Notes: generated from the sequence alone by a model not told the origin. DNA of 59,373 nucleotides from an uncultured Acidobacteriota bacterium (GCA_964568735.1 CAZMRF010000008.1:42261-101633), one strand, 5' to 3'. Numbered from the stretch's first letter, positions 21,850-31,059 are shown. Made by a program: numbers and translations.

Positions 21850-22991
21850 AGATCCTGGTCGTGTGCAGCGGCAACATCTGCCGCAGCCCGATGGCCGCCG
21901 CCGTGCTGCGCGATCGGCTCGAGCGCGCCGGGCGCACGGATGTCTCGGTCTCCTCGGCGGGAACTCTGGGCATCGTGGGGGAGCCCGCCGATCCCGTCGC
22001 CGTCAGCGTCGCCGCGGAGGCGGGCTACGACATCGGCGGCCATCGATCCTCCGCGCTCACCGCCGGGGAGTCGAGCGGCGCGGATCTCGTCCTCGTGATG
22101 GAGGAGCACCATGCGAGGAAGGTGGGAGAGCTCGCGCCGGCCCGAGCGTCGACCTTCCTGCTCGGCTCTTTTCTCCCCGCCTCACCAGCCCGCTCCGACT
22201 CCGGGGAGATTGCCGATCCGATGGGGGAGGGGCCGGAGGCCTTCCGAGAATGCCTGAAGACGATCGAGGATTCCATCGATCGTTTCCTGAAGCACTGGCT
22301 CGACGGAAATCTCTCAGCGGAGGCGGGACCGGAGGCCGAGCTGCGGTACTTCAGCGAGATCGGGGACCGCATCCTGGCGGCCCGCGGAGGGGGAGCGGGC
22401 CTCACGTCGCTCGAGTTCCACGTCGTGGACGGGTGGTGGAAGCGGGACCTCCCGCTGTGGCTCGTTCTGGAGGCCTTGTCCGAGTCATCGCTCGACTGGC
22501 CGCCGGGTGAGGTTCCGCGCGGCTTCATCCGCCATCTCTCCCGCGAGGTCGAGGCTCGTGCCGCGGAGGCGGGGCTGGCCGGGGAGAGACCGGCCGCTCG
22601 AGGATCGGCCCCCGGAGATCCGGAGGGGATCCGGAGGGATCTCATCAAGGATCTCCGCGCGGCGGAGCGAAGGGTCGGGAAGGCGCATCCCCGGCTCAGG
22701 GCCGAGCTCAAGGCCGCGGGGCGGGCGCTGAAGGCTGCTCCCGGCAGCCTGCTCGGCATCGAGGCCGAGATCCGGAAGAGCCGCGCGGCCATCGTTCAAT
22801 CAGCGCGGGAGTCGCTTCCGCTGGGTGCGCTCGAGAGGATGGAGGCCGAGGAACGCGCCCGGCTCGCCGCGCTCTCACGCCGGCTCTCGCCCGGAGCCGC
22901 CGAGGAGACCCTTCAGCGCCTGGTCGAGGAGCGTCTCCTGGGCTACTTCGATCTCCCGGCGATGATCATGCTGCACATCGGCTCCGGCTGA
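21846..22991 (+). CDS. Low-molecular-weight protein-tyrosine phosphatase fused to a ~230-aa C-terminal domain of unknown function (TTG start)
   Basis: N-terminal KILVVCSGNICRSPMAAAVLRD (CX5R P-loop) and DP motif (GEIADPMG). An uncharacterised C-terminal region follows: LEFHVVDGWWKRDLPLWLVLEAL...RGFIRHLSREVEARAAEAG..., ending in a coiled-coil-like stretch. Confidence 0.75.
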   Translation: MKILVVCSGNICRSPMAAAVLRDRLERAGRTDVSVSSAGTLGIVGEPADPVAVSVAAEAGYDIGGHRSSALTAGESSGADLVLVMEEHHARKVGELAPARASTFLLGSFLPASPARSDSGEIADPMGEGPEAFRECLKTIEDSIDRFLKHWLDGNLSAEAGPEAELRYFSEIGDRILAARGGGAGLTSLEFHVVDGWWKRDLPLWLVLEALSESSLDWPPGEVPRGFIRHLSREVEARAAEAGLAGERPAARGSAPGDPEGIRRDLIKDLRAAERRVGKAHPRLRAELKAAGRALKAAPGSLLGIEAEIRKSRAAIVQSARESLPLGALERMEAEERARLAALSRRLSPGAAEETLQRLVEERLLGYFDLPAMIMLHIGSG

Positions 22992-23127
22992 GCCCCGGGT
23001 CGATGGCGGCGGCTCTCGGAGCCTGCTAGCTTCCTGAGGCCGGAGGACCAGGGAGAGCAAGGCCCGACTCCAGAGGCTCGTCGAGAGCTCTCCGGGGACC
23101 CGTGAATCATGCAAGGGGGTCCCCTTC

Positions 23128-25773
23128 GTGTGCTTCCGGTCTCCGCTGCCGCCCGCGGCCCTGCTCTTCTGCGGGGCAATTCTCCTGCCGGCCCCAACCC
23201 CGCTCCATGGCCTGATCTGGGGCCTCCTGGGAGCTGCGGGCCTCGCCGCTGGCGGGCTGGCCGCGCGCAGACTCCAGGAGACGCCTCCAAGGGATCAGCG
23301 CGCGTGGAGCTCCCTCAACTCTCTCCTGCTGGTCCCGATCTCCTTCTTCCCGCTGGGCCTCTTCGTATCCTCCTCAACTCCTTACTGCCTGCCAGGGCGA
23401 GAACTGGAAGCATTCCTCACGGAGAGGGGAGGCACCCTCGCCGATCCCGCCGACCTCCGTGGACGACTGACCTCGGAGCCGGTACCTCTCCCCGATCTGC
23501 GCGGAGGCTGCCTTCTCGAAATCGAGGTGCAAAGTCTCAGGACCGCCCGCGTCACGAGAGCCCTGCGGGGCGGCGCCCGGGTCCGCGTCCCCGAGTCCCT
23601 GGGAAGCGCTCCCGATCCATGCACCCTCGTGCCCGGCTCGATACTTTCCATAGCCTCGACGCTCGCGCTGCCCGAGCCCTTCCGGAATCCCGGCTCGCCC
23701 GACTCGCGCGCGCAGCTCCGTGCGCGCGGCTTCGTCGCCTCGGGGCGCTCCCCGAGCCCGAGGCTCCTCGAGATCGCGGCGCCGCCGGGCGCGCTCGAGA
23801 CGATCCTCTCGAGCCTCAGGCGGGCCTTCCTCGCGACCCAGGCAAGAGCCTTCGGCCTGGCCGGCGAACCGGAATCCTCGGGGACTGCGAGTGCGATCGT
23901 GCTCGGGTACAGGGCGCAGGCTCCGGAGGAGATGGTGCAGGCCCTGCGACTGGCCGGGACGGCCCACCTCCTGGCCATCTCCGGCTTCAACGTCGCCCTG
24001 CTCGTCGTCTGCGTGCGCTCGGCGGCTCTCCTGGCCGGAGCGGGCCGGCTTGCGGGTATCCTGCTCGTTCTCGGATCTCTCGCGATCTACGTCGGGCTGG
24101 CCGACCGCCAGCCGTCGGTCCTCAGGGCCGCGGGCACGGCGTGCCTCCTCGAGCTCGCGCTCCTCGCCGGCCGGCGGCCGGAACCGGCGACGGCCCTGGC
24201 CGTGGTTTTCCTTCTCTTCGCCGGCACCAGCCCATGGACGAGCGCCGACATCTCGCTCCAGCTCAGCTTCGTCGCGGTCGCAGCGCTCGTGACCTTCGGC
24301 GCCGACTTCGCCGGCGCGCTCCCGGGCCCCAGGTGGCTCGCATGGTCTCTCGCCTCGAACGCCGTCGCCCTCGCCGCCACGGCGCCTCTGACAGCGCTGC
24401 TCTTCAACAGGGCGACGCCCGGCGCCCTCCTCGCCAATCTCGCCGCAGTGCCCCTCATGGCTCTCGCCTTCGTGGCCTCGTCCGCTGCACCGGTCCTGAC
24501 GGCCCTGTCGCCCGCACTCGCCTTCTTCCGCGTGGACATCGATCCTGGCCTCGACCCAGGAGCGCTTCTCGCGGAGCTGGCGTCGCGTTGCTTCGAGGGC
24601 TCAGCCCGGGCCTCGGGGGAGGTCGCTTCGTTCCCGTGGATGAGCTATCCCGTCTGCACGCCACCTGCATGGCTTCCGGCCGCCACGCTCATGATCGCGG
24701 CCCTCGGGCGCTGGAGGTGCATCCTGCCCGGGGTACGGCGCTGCCTCCTCGCGGCGGCGGCGGTGATGCTCGCCTGGGCGGCTCTCCCGACCGAGAGGCT
24801 TCCCGAAGCCGATGGACGCTCCCTGACCGTCACGTTTCTGGACGTGGGTCAGGGCAGCAGCGCGCTCGTCGAGACGCCCGATGGGTTGCGCCTCCTCGTG
24901 GATGCCGGAGGCTTCGCGGGCAGCACCTTCGACATGGGAGCGAGAGTCGTGGCGCGGGCTCTCCTCACGATGGGAATCCGGCGCCTCGACGCCGTCGTGG
25001 TCTCGCATGCCGACATCGATCACTCAGGAGGCATCCCGTCAATCCTGGAAGTATTCCCCGGCGCCGAGCTCTGGCTGGCCTCGGGTGAGAGGCGCTCGGA
25101 GAGGATGGCTTCGATCGCCGCACTGGCCATCGACAGGGGCAGGGTGCTCCGGCTCCTCCTGCCGGGAAGGCGGTTCCGTTTCGGCGGCGCGCTCGTCGAG
25201 CCCCTCCACCCGCCACGCGGCTGGCATCACCCGGGACTCAACGACAGCTCGCTGGTCCTGAGGATCGAGCACGGCGAGGACGCGCTCCTCCTGCCCGGCG
25301 ACATCGGCGCCGCCGCCGAGTCCGCGCTGGCGGCCCACATGAAGCCGGCGGATGTTCTCCTCGTCGCTCATCACGGGAGCCGCACCTCGTCCACGGGCCC
25401 CTTCCTCTCATCGATCCACCCGGCCTGGGCCGTGATTTCATGTGGTCGGCGCAACCGCTACGGCCATCCCGCCCCCGAGGTCGTGCGGCGCATCGCAGCG
25501 GCGGGAGCGCGCATCCTGCGAACCGATGAGCTGGGAGCGATTCGCGTGCAGCTCAGCGGAGAGGGATTGGACGCCAGGATCGGCACCTGGGACGGGAGGG
25601 GCTGGGCTCCGTGGCGCGGCCCCCGGGAGCCTGCTCCCGGCCTCAATTCAGGAGGCGGACCGGATCCGGGACGAAGCAGGCGACGAGGAGGATTCCTGCC
25701 AGCACCGCGACGAGGCGCCTCCCCCGGCTCAGCTGGCTTCGTTCGTCGAGGAGGCGCGGGTGGCGAGGGCTGA
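23128..25773 (+). CDS. comEC: DNA internalisation-related competence protein ComEC/Rec2 (competence domain plus metallo-beta-lactamase domain)
   Basis: Polytopic N-terminus. Competence domain LRLAGTAHLLAISGFNVALLVV. MBL domain TVTFLDVGQGSSALVETPDGLRLLVDAGG...VVSHADIDHSGG...LLVAHHGS. The low-complexity C-terminal tail overlaps the convergent downstream gene. Confidence 0.85.
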   Translation: MCFRSPLPPAALLFCGAILLPAPTPLHGLIWGLLGAAGLAAGGLAARRLQETPPRDQRAWSSLNSLLLVPISFFPLGLFVSSSTPYCLPGRELEAFLTERGGTLADPADLRGRLTSEPVPLPDLRGGCLLEIEVQSLRTARVTRALRGGARVRVPESLGSAPDPCTLVPGSILSIASTLALPEPFRNPGSPDSRAQLRARGFVASGRSPSPRLLEIAAPPGALETILSSLRRAFLATQARAFGLAGEPESSGTASAIVLGYRAQAPEEMVQALRLAGTAHLLAISGFNVALLVVCVRSAALLAGAGRLAGILLVLGSLAIYVGLADRQPSVLRAAGTACLLELALLAGRRPEPATALAVVFLLFAGTSPWTSADISLQLSFVAVAALVTFGADFAGALPGPRWLAWSLASNAVALAATAPLTALLFNRATPGALLANLAAVPLMALAFVASSAAPVLTALSPALAFFRVDIDPGLDPGALLAELASRCFEGSARASGEVASFPWMSYPVCTPPAWLPAATLMIAALGRWRCILPGVRRCLLAAAAVMLAWAALPTERLPEADGRSLTVTFLDVGQGSSALVETPDGLRLLVDAGGFAGSTFDMGARVVARALLTMGIRRLDAVVVSHADIDHSGGIPSILEVFPGAELWLASGERRSERMASIAALAIDRGRVLRLLLPGRRFRFGGALVEPLHPPRGWHHPGLNDSSLVLRIEHGEDALLLPGDIGAAAESALAAHMKPADVLLVAHHGSRTSSTGPFLSSIHPAWAVISCGRRNRYGHPAPEVVRRIAAAGARILRTDELGAIRVQLSGEGLDARIGTWDGRGWAPWRGPREPAPGLNSGGGPDPGRSRRRGGFLPAPRRGASPGSAGFVRRGGAGGEG

Positions 25774-26665
25774 AGAAGATCAGGAGCGTCGCCCAGAAGA
25801 GCCAGGCTTCGTTGACGAGGAGCCCCAGGCTCACGAAGGCGACGATCGAGACCCAGGAGAGCCACCGATGCGTGCGCGGCGAGACGGCATAGGCGATGTG
25901 CCCGCCGTCGAGCTGGCCCACGGGGAGCAGGTTGAGTGCCGTGGCCAGGAAGCCGACCCACCCGGCGAGGATGATGCTCGACTGCGCGAGGACGAAGCCC
26001 TCCGGCGCAGGAGGGGGCGGGACCAGCCATCCTTCGAAGAGACGGACCAGAAGGGAGTCACCGAAACGAAAGGTCTGAACCCCCTCCACCAATCCAGGAT
26101 CGGGCACCCATGCGGAGCTCGCGACTCCGATGAGGAAGACCGGTATGGCCACGGCCGCGCCCGCCAGGGGACCTGCCACGCCGATGTCGAAGAGGGCCCG
26201 GCGATCGGTGATCGGAGCCCTTATCCGAATGAACGCGCCGAAGGTCCCGAAGAACATCAGGGGCGGCGAGGGCAGGAAGTAGGGTGGCGTCGCGTCGATG
26301 CCGTAGCGGCGGCAGGCGATGTAGTGGCCCATCTCGTGCGTGCCCAGGATCGCCAGCAGGCTGAGCGAGTAGGGAAGGCCGAGGAGCAGAAGCCCCGGCT
26401 GCTCGAGCAGCGCAGCGAGCCCGTCGATCGAGATACCCCGAGCTGGAGCCTCCCAGCCAACCCCGGTGAGCAGCGTGGTGCAGAATGTCACCAGGAGCAG
26501 GAGGCCGGACAGGAGCCACCCCCGGCCCTGCGACCTGCCCGGGGTCAGTCGAGGACGCCCCTCCGTGTGCGAGCCGAAACCGGGGGAGGGTGGAGCGGCA
26601 TCCCCTTCGTCTGCAGTGAGCTCCGGATAGTGCGGGAGATCGGCCGCGTCCGGCGTGGGCCGCAA
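25643..26665 (-). CDS. Site-2 protease family (M50) membrane metalloprotease
   Basis: HEMGHY zinc-binding motif in a TM helix, multiple TM segments, 340 aa. Confidence 0.75.
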   Translation of the reverse strand: MRPTPDAADLPHYPELTADEGDAAPPSPGFGSHTEGRPRLTPGRSQGRGWLLSGLLLLVTFCTTLLTGVGWEAPARGISIDGLAALLEQPGLLLLGLPYSLSLLAILGTHEMGHYIACRRYGIDATPPYFLPSPPLMFFGTFGAFIRIRAPITDRRALFDIGVAGPLAGAAVAIPVFLIGVASSAWVPDPGLVEGVQTFRFGDSLLVRLFEGWLVPPPPAPEGFVLAQSSIILAGWVGFLATALNLLPVGQLDGGHIAYAVSPRTHRWLSWVSIVAFVSLGLLVNEAWLFWATLLIFFSPRHPRLLDERSQLSRGRRLVAVLAGILLVACFVPDPVRLLN

Positions 26666-26694
26666 GCCGGTGTCTGGAGTCGGGCCGGAGGAGG

Positions 26695-26964
26695 TCAGGC
26701 GAGGTTCCTGAGGTTCTTCCCCGGTTTGAACCGTATCGTCCTGCCCGGAGGAATCCTGACCTCCCGGCCGGTTCGGGGATTCCGTCCGATGCCCTTCTTA
26801 CGCGGCTTGACCTGGAAGACTCCGAAGGTCCGCAGCTCGATGCGCTCGCCGCGGCACATGGACTGCTTCAACGCGTTGAGAACCGCTTCCACAGCCTCAT
26901 CAGCCTTGACGCGCGTGATCCCCACCTTCCTGGAGACTTCATTGATGATGTCGGCCTTGATCAT
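26695..26964 (-). CDS. HU/IHF-family DNA-binding protein (IHF alpha-like)
   Basis: MIKADIINEVSRKVGITRVKADEAVEAVL...RTFGVFQVKPRKKGIGRNPRTGREVRIPPGRTIRFKPGKNL; 89 aa. Confidence 0.85.
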   Translation of the reverse strand: MIKADIINEVSRKVGITRVKADEAVEAVLNALKQSMCRGERIELRTFGVFQVKPRKKGIGRNPRTGREVRIPPGRTIRFKPGKNLRNLA

Positions 26965-27006
26965 CGGAGGAGCCCTCGGGTGCGGACGAGGAAGAAACTG
27001 GTAGTC

Positions 27007-27035
27007 ATCATACGGAGAGGTCCCGGGTAAGTCAA
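27007..27035 (-). promoter_or_regulatory. Candidate sigma-70 promoter for the IHF-like/S2P operon (TTGACT-17-TATGAT on the minus strand)
   Basis: Reverse complement of 27030-27035 is TTGACT; of 27007-27012 is TATGAT; 17-nt spacer. Confidence 0.4.
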
Positions 27036-27107
27036 CAAGTCCTTTCTCTCCATATAATTGCACTACGGACGGGCCCTCGGCCCCGCTGTGGTAGGTTTCG
27101 CCCCGCC

Positions 27108-28445
27108 ATGGCCGGACAGGGGGGAAGACCGCGGGTCGCCATCGTGGGGGCCCCGAACGTCGGAAAATCCACGCTTTTCAACCGCCTGGTCGGCCGGAGA
27201 AGGGCGCTCGTCGGCGACCACCCCGGCCTCACGCGGGACCTCATCGAATCACCGGCGACTCTCGGCGACTGCCCGGTCATCCTGGTCGACACGGGGGGAC
27301 TCATGCCCGCCGGCGCGGGAGCCCTCGCGGAGACGATCCGGGCCAACGTACTCGCGGCAGCCGCCGCATGCGACCTGATCCTCTTCGTCGTGGACGCGCG
27401 CCGCGGCGCAGCGGGATTAGAGGAAGACCTCGCCCAGAGGCTGCGGCGGACCGGTGTGCCCGTCATCCTGGTGGTGAACAAGGTCGATGCTCCTGATCTC
27501 GGGCCGCAGGCGGCGGCCGAGTTCACGTCGCTGGGGCTCGAACCTATCCTTCCCGTCTCCGCAGAGCACGCGCTGGGAATGGGGGACCTCCATCTCGAGG
27601 CCTCCAGACACCTGGAGGGCGCTCCCGCGGCCGCCGAGAGCCGCGAGATCGTGGAGGTGGCCATCGTCGGGCGCCCGAACGTCGGCAAGTCGTCTCTCCT
27701 CAACGCGCTCCTGGAATCGGAGCGTGCCCTCGTGAGCGAGCAGCCGGGGACGACGAGAGACTCCGTGGACGCCGAGCTGATCTGGAACGGGCGCATCTAT
27801 CGGCTGGTCGACACGGCAGGCATGCGGCGGCCCGGGAGAGTCGACAAGGGGCCCGAGGCGCTCTCGGTGGGCGCGGCCCGCCGGGCCCTGGGGAGCGCCG
27901 ACATCAGCCTCGTCATGCTCGACGCGCACGAAGGTCTCGTGGCGCAGGACATGAGCCTCCTCGGGCTCGTGGCCGGGGGCCGCGGAGCGCGTGTCAGGCC
28001 GGCCGTCGTCCTCGCGAACAAGATCGACACCCTCACCTCGCCCGGCGCCATCGACGCGCTCGTGCGCCAGATCCACGAGAGGCTCCGCTTCGCCCGATTC
28101 GTCCCGATCCTGCCGATCTCGGCCAAGCAGGGGACCCACCTGGACCGGATCCTCCCCGCCGTCGAGCAGGTCCGATCCGACACGGCCCGCCTCCTGCCGA
28201 CGCACGACCTCAACGACTGGCTCCGCCGGGCCACGAAGGCTCACCCCCTCCCGCTGCGGGGCGGAAAGCCCATGTCGATCGTCTTCGTGACGCAGTCCGG
28301 GACGCGCCCCCCGACCTTCACGTTCCTCACGAATCGCGGCGCGCACCCTCACTTCTCCTACGTGCGCTACCTCGAGAACTCCCTCAGGGAGCACTTCGCG
28401 ATGCACGCCACACCCATCGTGCTGCGATTCCGGTCCCGGAGCTAG
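27108..28445 (+). CDS. der: Ribosome-biogenesis GTPase Der (EngA), tandem GTPase domains
   Basis: Two G domains (GAPNVGKSTLFNRL...DTGG; GRPNVGKSSLLNAL...DTAG) plus a KH-like C-terminus. Confidence 0.92.
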   Translation: MAGQGGRPRVAIVGAPNVGKSTLFNRLVGRRRALVGDHPGLTRDLIESPATLGDCPVILVDTGGLMPAGAGALAETIRANVLAAAAACDLILFVVDARRGAAGLEEDLAQRLRRTGVPVILVVNKVDAPDLGPQAAAEFTSLGLEPILPVSAEHALGMGDLHLEASRHLEGAPAAAESREIVEVAIVGRPNVGKSSLLNALLESERALVSEQPGTTRDSVDAELIWNGRIYRLVDTAGMRRPGRVDKGPEALSVGAARRALGSADISLVMLDAHEGLVAQDMSLLGLVAGGRGARVRPAVVLANKIDTLTSPGAIDALVRQIHERLRFARFVPILPISAKQGTHLDRILPAVEQVRSDTARLLPTHDLNDWLRRATKAHPLPLRGGKPMSIVFVTQSGTRPPTFTFLTNRGAHPHFSYVRYLENSLREHFAMHATPIVLRFRSRS

Positions 28446-28469
28446 GAGGCTTCTCCGGGTCGTGTGAAA

Positions 28470-28499
28470 TTGACTCCTCCGGCGCCACCGTTATAGATT
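28470..28499 (+). promoter_or_regulatory. Candidate sigma-70 promoter (TTGACT-16/18-TATAGAT) upstream of the mglA-like gene
   Basis: TTGACT at 28470-28475; TATAGAT at 28492-28499. Confidence 0.35.
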
Positions 28500-28517
28500 G
28501 GGCGCCCAGAGCCTGCG

Positions 28518-29804
28518 ATGGTCCTATTCAACTACTCGACAAAAGAGCTCACCGCCAAAATCGTCTACTACGGGCCCGGTCTTTGCGGGAAGACGACGAA
28601 CCTCCAGTTCATCTTCGAGAATCTCCCGGCGAACATCCACAAAGGGAAGATGCTCTCCCTGGCGACGAAGACGGACCGGACTCTCTTCTTCGATTTCCTG
28701 CCCATCGATCTCGGGACGATCCGCGGCATGCGGACCCGGCTGCAGCTCTACACCGTGCCGGGCCAGGTCTTCTACAACACCACGCGGAAGCTCGTCCTGA
28801 AGGGCGCGGATGGCCTCGTCTTCGTCGCCGACTCGCAGAAGAAGATGCTCGACGCCAACAGCGAGTCCTTCGGCAACATGGAACAGAACCTGCGCGAGCA
28901 CGGGATGGAGCTCGAGACCATCCCCCATGTCCTCCAGTTCAACAAGCGCGACCTCAGGGACATCCTGAGCGTCGAAGAGCTCAACGCCGCGCTCAACAAG
29001 CACAACGTGCCGATCTACGAGGCCGTGGCCACGACGGGGATCGGGGTCCAGGACACGCTCAAGGCGGTCACGCGACTGGTGCTGAACTCCCTCCGCGAGA
29101 AGTACTCCGACGGCAAGAAGACCTCGACGCAGCGCGCCGCCGCGGCCGCATCTGCCGCGCGGCCGGCCCGGCAGGCTGCCTCGGCCCAGGTCGCGCCCCG
29201 CGAGCCGCTCGAAGTCGAGCCTGTCCTCGAGCTCGACGATGAGCCGGCGCTGGCACCTTCTCGCGAGCCCGAACCCGTGCTCGCTGTCGCCGCCGAGGAG
29301 GCCGTGGAGATCGAGGAGATCCAGGACGACATCGAGGAGGTTCCTGTGCTCGAGGTCGCCGAGGAGGAGGTCGGAGAGGCCGTGATCATCGAGGAGTCTC
29401 CCGCGATCAGCCTCGACGAATCTTCGCCCCTCAAGCTCGAGGAGCCCGAAACCGGCGCGCCGGGCCGCTTCGACGAGATCGAGATGACCCCCGAAGCCGA
29501 AGAAGAGCCGGCGCAGGGAGCGCCTCTGGGTGCCGCGCGCGCCCGTCAGCCCTTCGAGATGGACTCGAAGGCCTACGAGCTGGCGTCGCCGCTCGACGAG
29601 ACCGTCGCGGACGGCGCGACGGTGGCGATCGACGTGGCTGCCGCGGGCTCGAGGAGCTCACCCGGGAGGCCGCCGCTTCCGGGGAGAAGGGCCGCGCCGG
29701 GCAGCTCCGCCGCCCGCGAGGCCTCCTTCCCGCTCGAGATCGAGGTCCAGGGCCGTACCGTGCGACTCGAGGTGACCATCAGCGTTCGGGTCGATAAGAA
29801 TTGA
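28518..29804 (+). CDS. mglA: MglA-family Ras-like small GTPase with a ~230-aa acidic, low-complexity C-terminal extension
   Basis: N-terminal ~195 aa strongly similar to Myxococcus MglA: KIVYYGPGLCGKTTNLQFI (P-loop), TDRTLFFDF (intrinsic Arg finger), LYTVPGQVFY (catalytic Gln), QFNKRDL (G4), TLKAVTRLVL. This is followed by a tail rich in E/A/P/V (EEVPVLEVAEEEVGEAVIIEESP...). Confidence 0.85.
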   Translation: MVLFNYSTKELTAKIVYYGPGLCGKTTNLQFIFENLPANIHKGKMLSLATKTDRTLFFDFLPIDLGTIRGMRTRLQLYTVPGQVFYNTTRKLVLKGADGLVFVADSQKKMLDANSESFGNMEQNLREHGMELETIPHVLQFNKRDLRDILSVEELNAALNKHNVPIYEAVATTGIGVQDTLKAVTRLVLNSLREKYSDGKKTSTQRAAAAASAARPARQAASAQVAPREPLEVEPVLELDDEPALAPSREPEPVLAVAAEEAVEIEEIQDDIEEVPVLEVAEEEVGEAVIIEESPAISLDESSPLKLEEPETGAPGRFDEIEMTPEAEEEPAQGAPLGAARARQPFEMDSKAYELASPLDETVADGATVAIDVAAAGSRSSPGRPPLPGRRAAPGSSAAREASFPLEIEVQGRTVRLEVTISVRVDKN

Positions 29805-29826
29805 GGGGGGAGCCGCTCCCCACACC

Positions 29827-31059
29827 ATGAACCTGGACTGTCCTGGCTGCCGATCCCGACTCAAGCTGGATCCTTCGAAGCTCCCGCCCGGGGCCACCGC
29901 GGCGGTTTGCCCGAAGTGCCGGACGAAGATCCTCCTGCCCGGCACCGCCTCCACGGCGGAGATTTCGGTCCAGTGCAGCAGGTGCGCCTCTCGCCTCAAG
30001 GTCAAGGTCGCGAGGCTCAGGCAGACTCCCAGCAAGAGCAAGTGCCCCAAGTGCGGAAACGCCGTGGACCTCCCCGCGGCGCCTTCCGCGGGGGGCTCCA
30101 GAAGCTCCGCCACGCAGATCCCCGGAGCGTCCCCGCCGGCGAAGCCCCCCCAGCCCCCCGGCGTGGACCGCTCGGCGATGACGCGCCGGCTCGATGCGCG
30201 GGAGATGGGGATGCTCATGCAGGGCCAGGGAGCCCAGGCTCCTGACGCACTGCCGTCGGCCCCGATCTCCCTCGAGGATCCGCCCTCCGGCGCCTTCGAG
30301 AGCAGCTCCTCCGATCTCGGCCGCCTCATCGACGAGAAGGTCGACGCCCTGGGCGAGCTCGGCGAAGCGCCGCCCCCCCAGAGCCCCCGCTTCGGCGAGT
30401 CATCCGTGGAGGATCTGGCCATCGAGCTCTCCCGGTCGGGGGAGCCCATGCCTGATGCCTCCCCGGAGCATCACGAATCGGGCGCCCGCATCTCCGCCGG
30501 CCCGAGGGCCGTCGCCGAGGCCCCGGCGCCGCCTGGCGCGCCTCCCGCAGGCCGGCGAGCGGGATCCAGTTCAGGAAGCAGGGCCATCCCCACCTTCAGC
30601 GCCGTGGCTGGAGCCGCGCCGCGGGCAGCCTCGGGGCCGGGAGCCTTCCCCTTCGTTCTCGGCGGAATCATCGGAGGATCGCTCGTGGCCGCCGGGCTCA
30701 TCCTCGGGGGACGCTTCCTGCCCTCCGGGTTCGTGCCTCCCGTCCCCGAACCGATCTCCGTGCTGACACGCGAGAGCCTCGGGCTCCTGGGGCTGTTGAT
30801 CTTCCTGTCGGCGCTCTCCGGGCTCTTCGCCTCCTTCGCGCTGCCCCCCGCGGGCGAGGGGAAGGAGGGCAGGATCTCCATTTTCCGGTGCGCGGTGGCC
30901 GCCGGGCTCGTGGGGCTTCTCGCGGGCGTGGGCATTGCCCTCATCCGCGGCGGCGCCGACCTCACGTCGATGTCCCTGCCGGCAGCCACGTGGACGGCGG
31001 CGCTGGTCCTCTCGGGACTGCTGACCGGCCTCGTGGCGCGTGTCTTCTCGGGCCGCTAG
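29827..31059 (+). CDS. Double zinc-ribbon (MJ0042-type) protein with Pro/Ala-rich linker and C-terminal transmembrane helices
   Basis: CPGC-x17-CPKC and CSRC-x17-CPKC ribbons at the N-terminus. A Pro/Ala/Ser-rich region follows, then 3-4 hydrophobic helices (FPFVLGGIIGGSLVAAGLILGG..., LLGLLIFLSALSGLFASFAL..., LVGLLAGVGIALI...). Confidence 0.65.
   Translation: MNLDCPGCRSRLKLDPSKLPPGATAAVCPKCRTKILLPGTASTAEISVQCSRCASRLKVKVARLRQTPSKSKCPKCGNAVDLPAAPSAGGSRSSATQIPGASPPAKPPQPPGVDRSAMTRRLDAREMGMLMQGQGAQAPDALPSAPISLEDPPSGAFESSSSDLGRLIDEKVDALGELGEAPPPQSPRFGESSVEDLAIELSRSGEPMPDASPEHHESGARISAGPRAVAEAPAPPGAPPAGRRAGSSSGSRAIPTFSAVAGAAPRAASGPGAFPFVLGGIIGGSLVAAGLILGGRFLPSGFVPPVPEPISVLTRESLGLLGLLIFLSALSGLFASFALPPAGEGKEGRISIFRCAVAAGLVGLLAGVGIALIRGGADLTSMSLPAATWTAALVLSGLLTGLVARVFSGR

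Noticed and set aside
22992-23127. 136-nt intergenic gap before comEC, examined for a tRNA or small RNA
   Set aside because: No tRNA-like T-arm (GTTCGAATC-type) or cloverleaf potential was seen; no rho-independent terminator structure.
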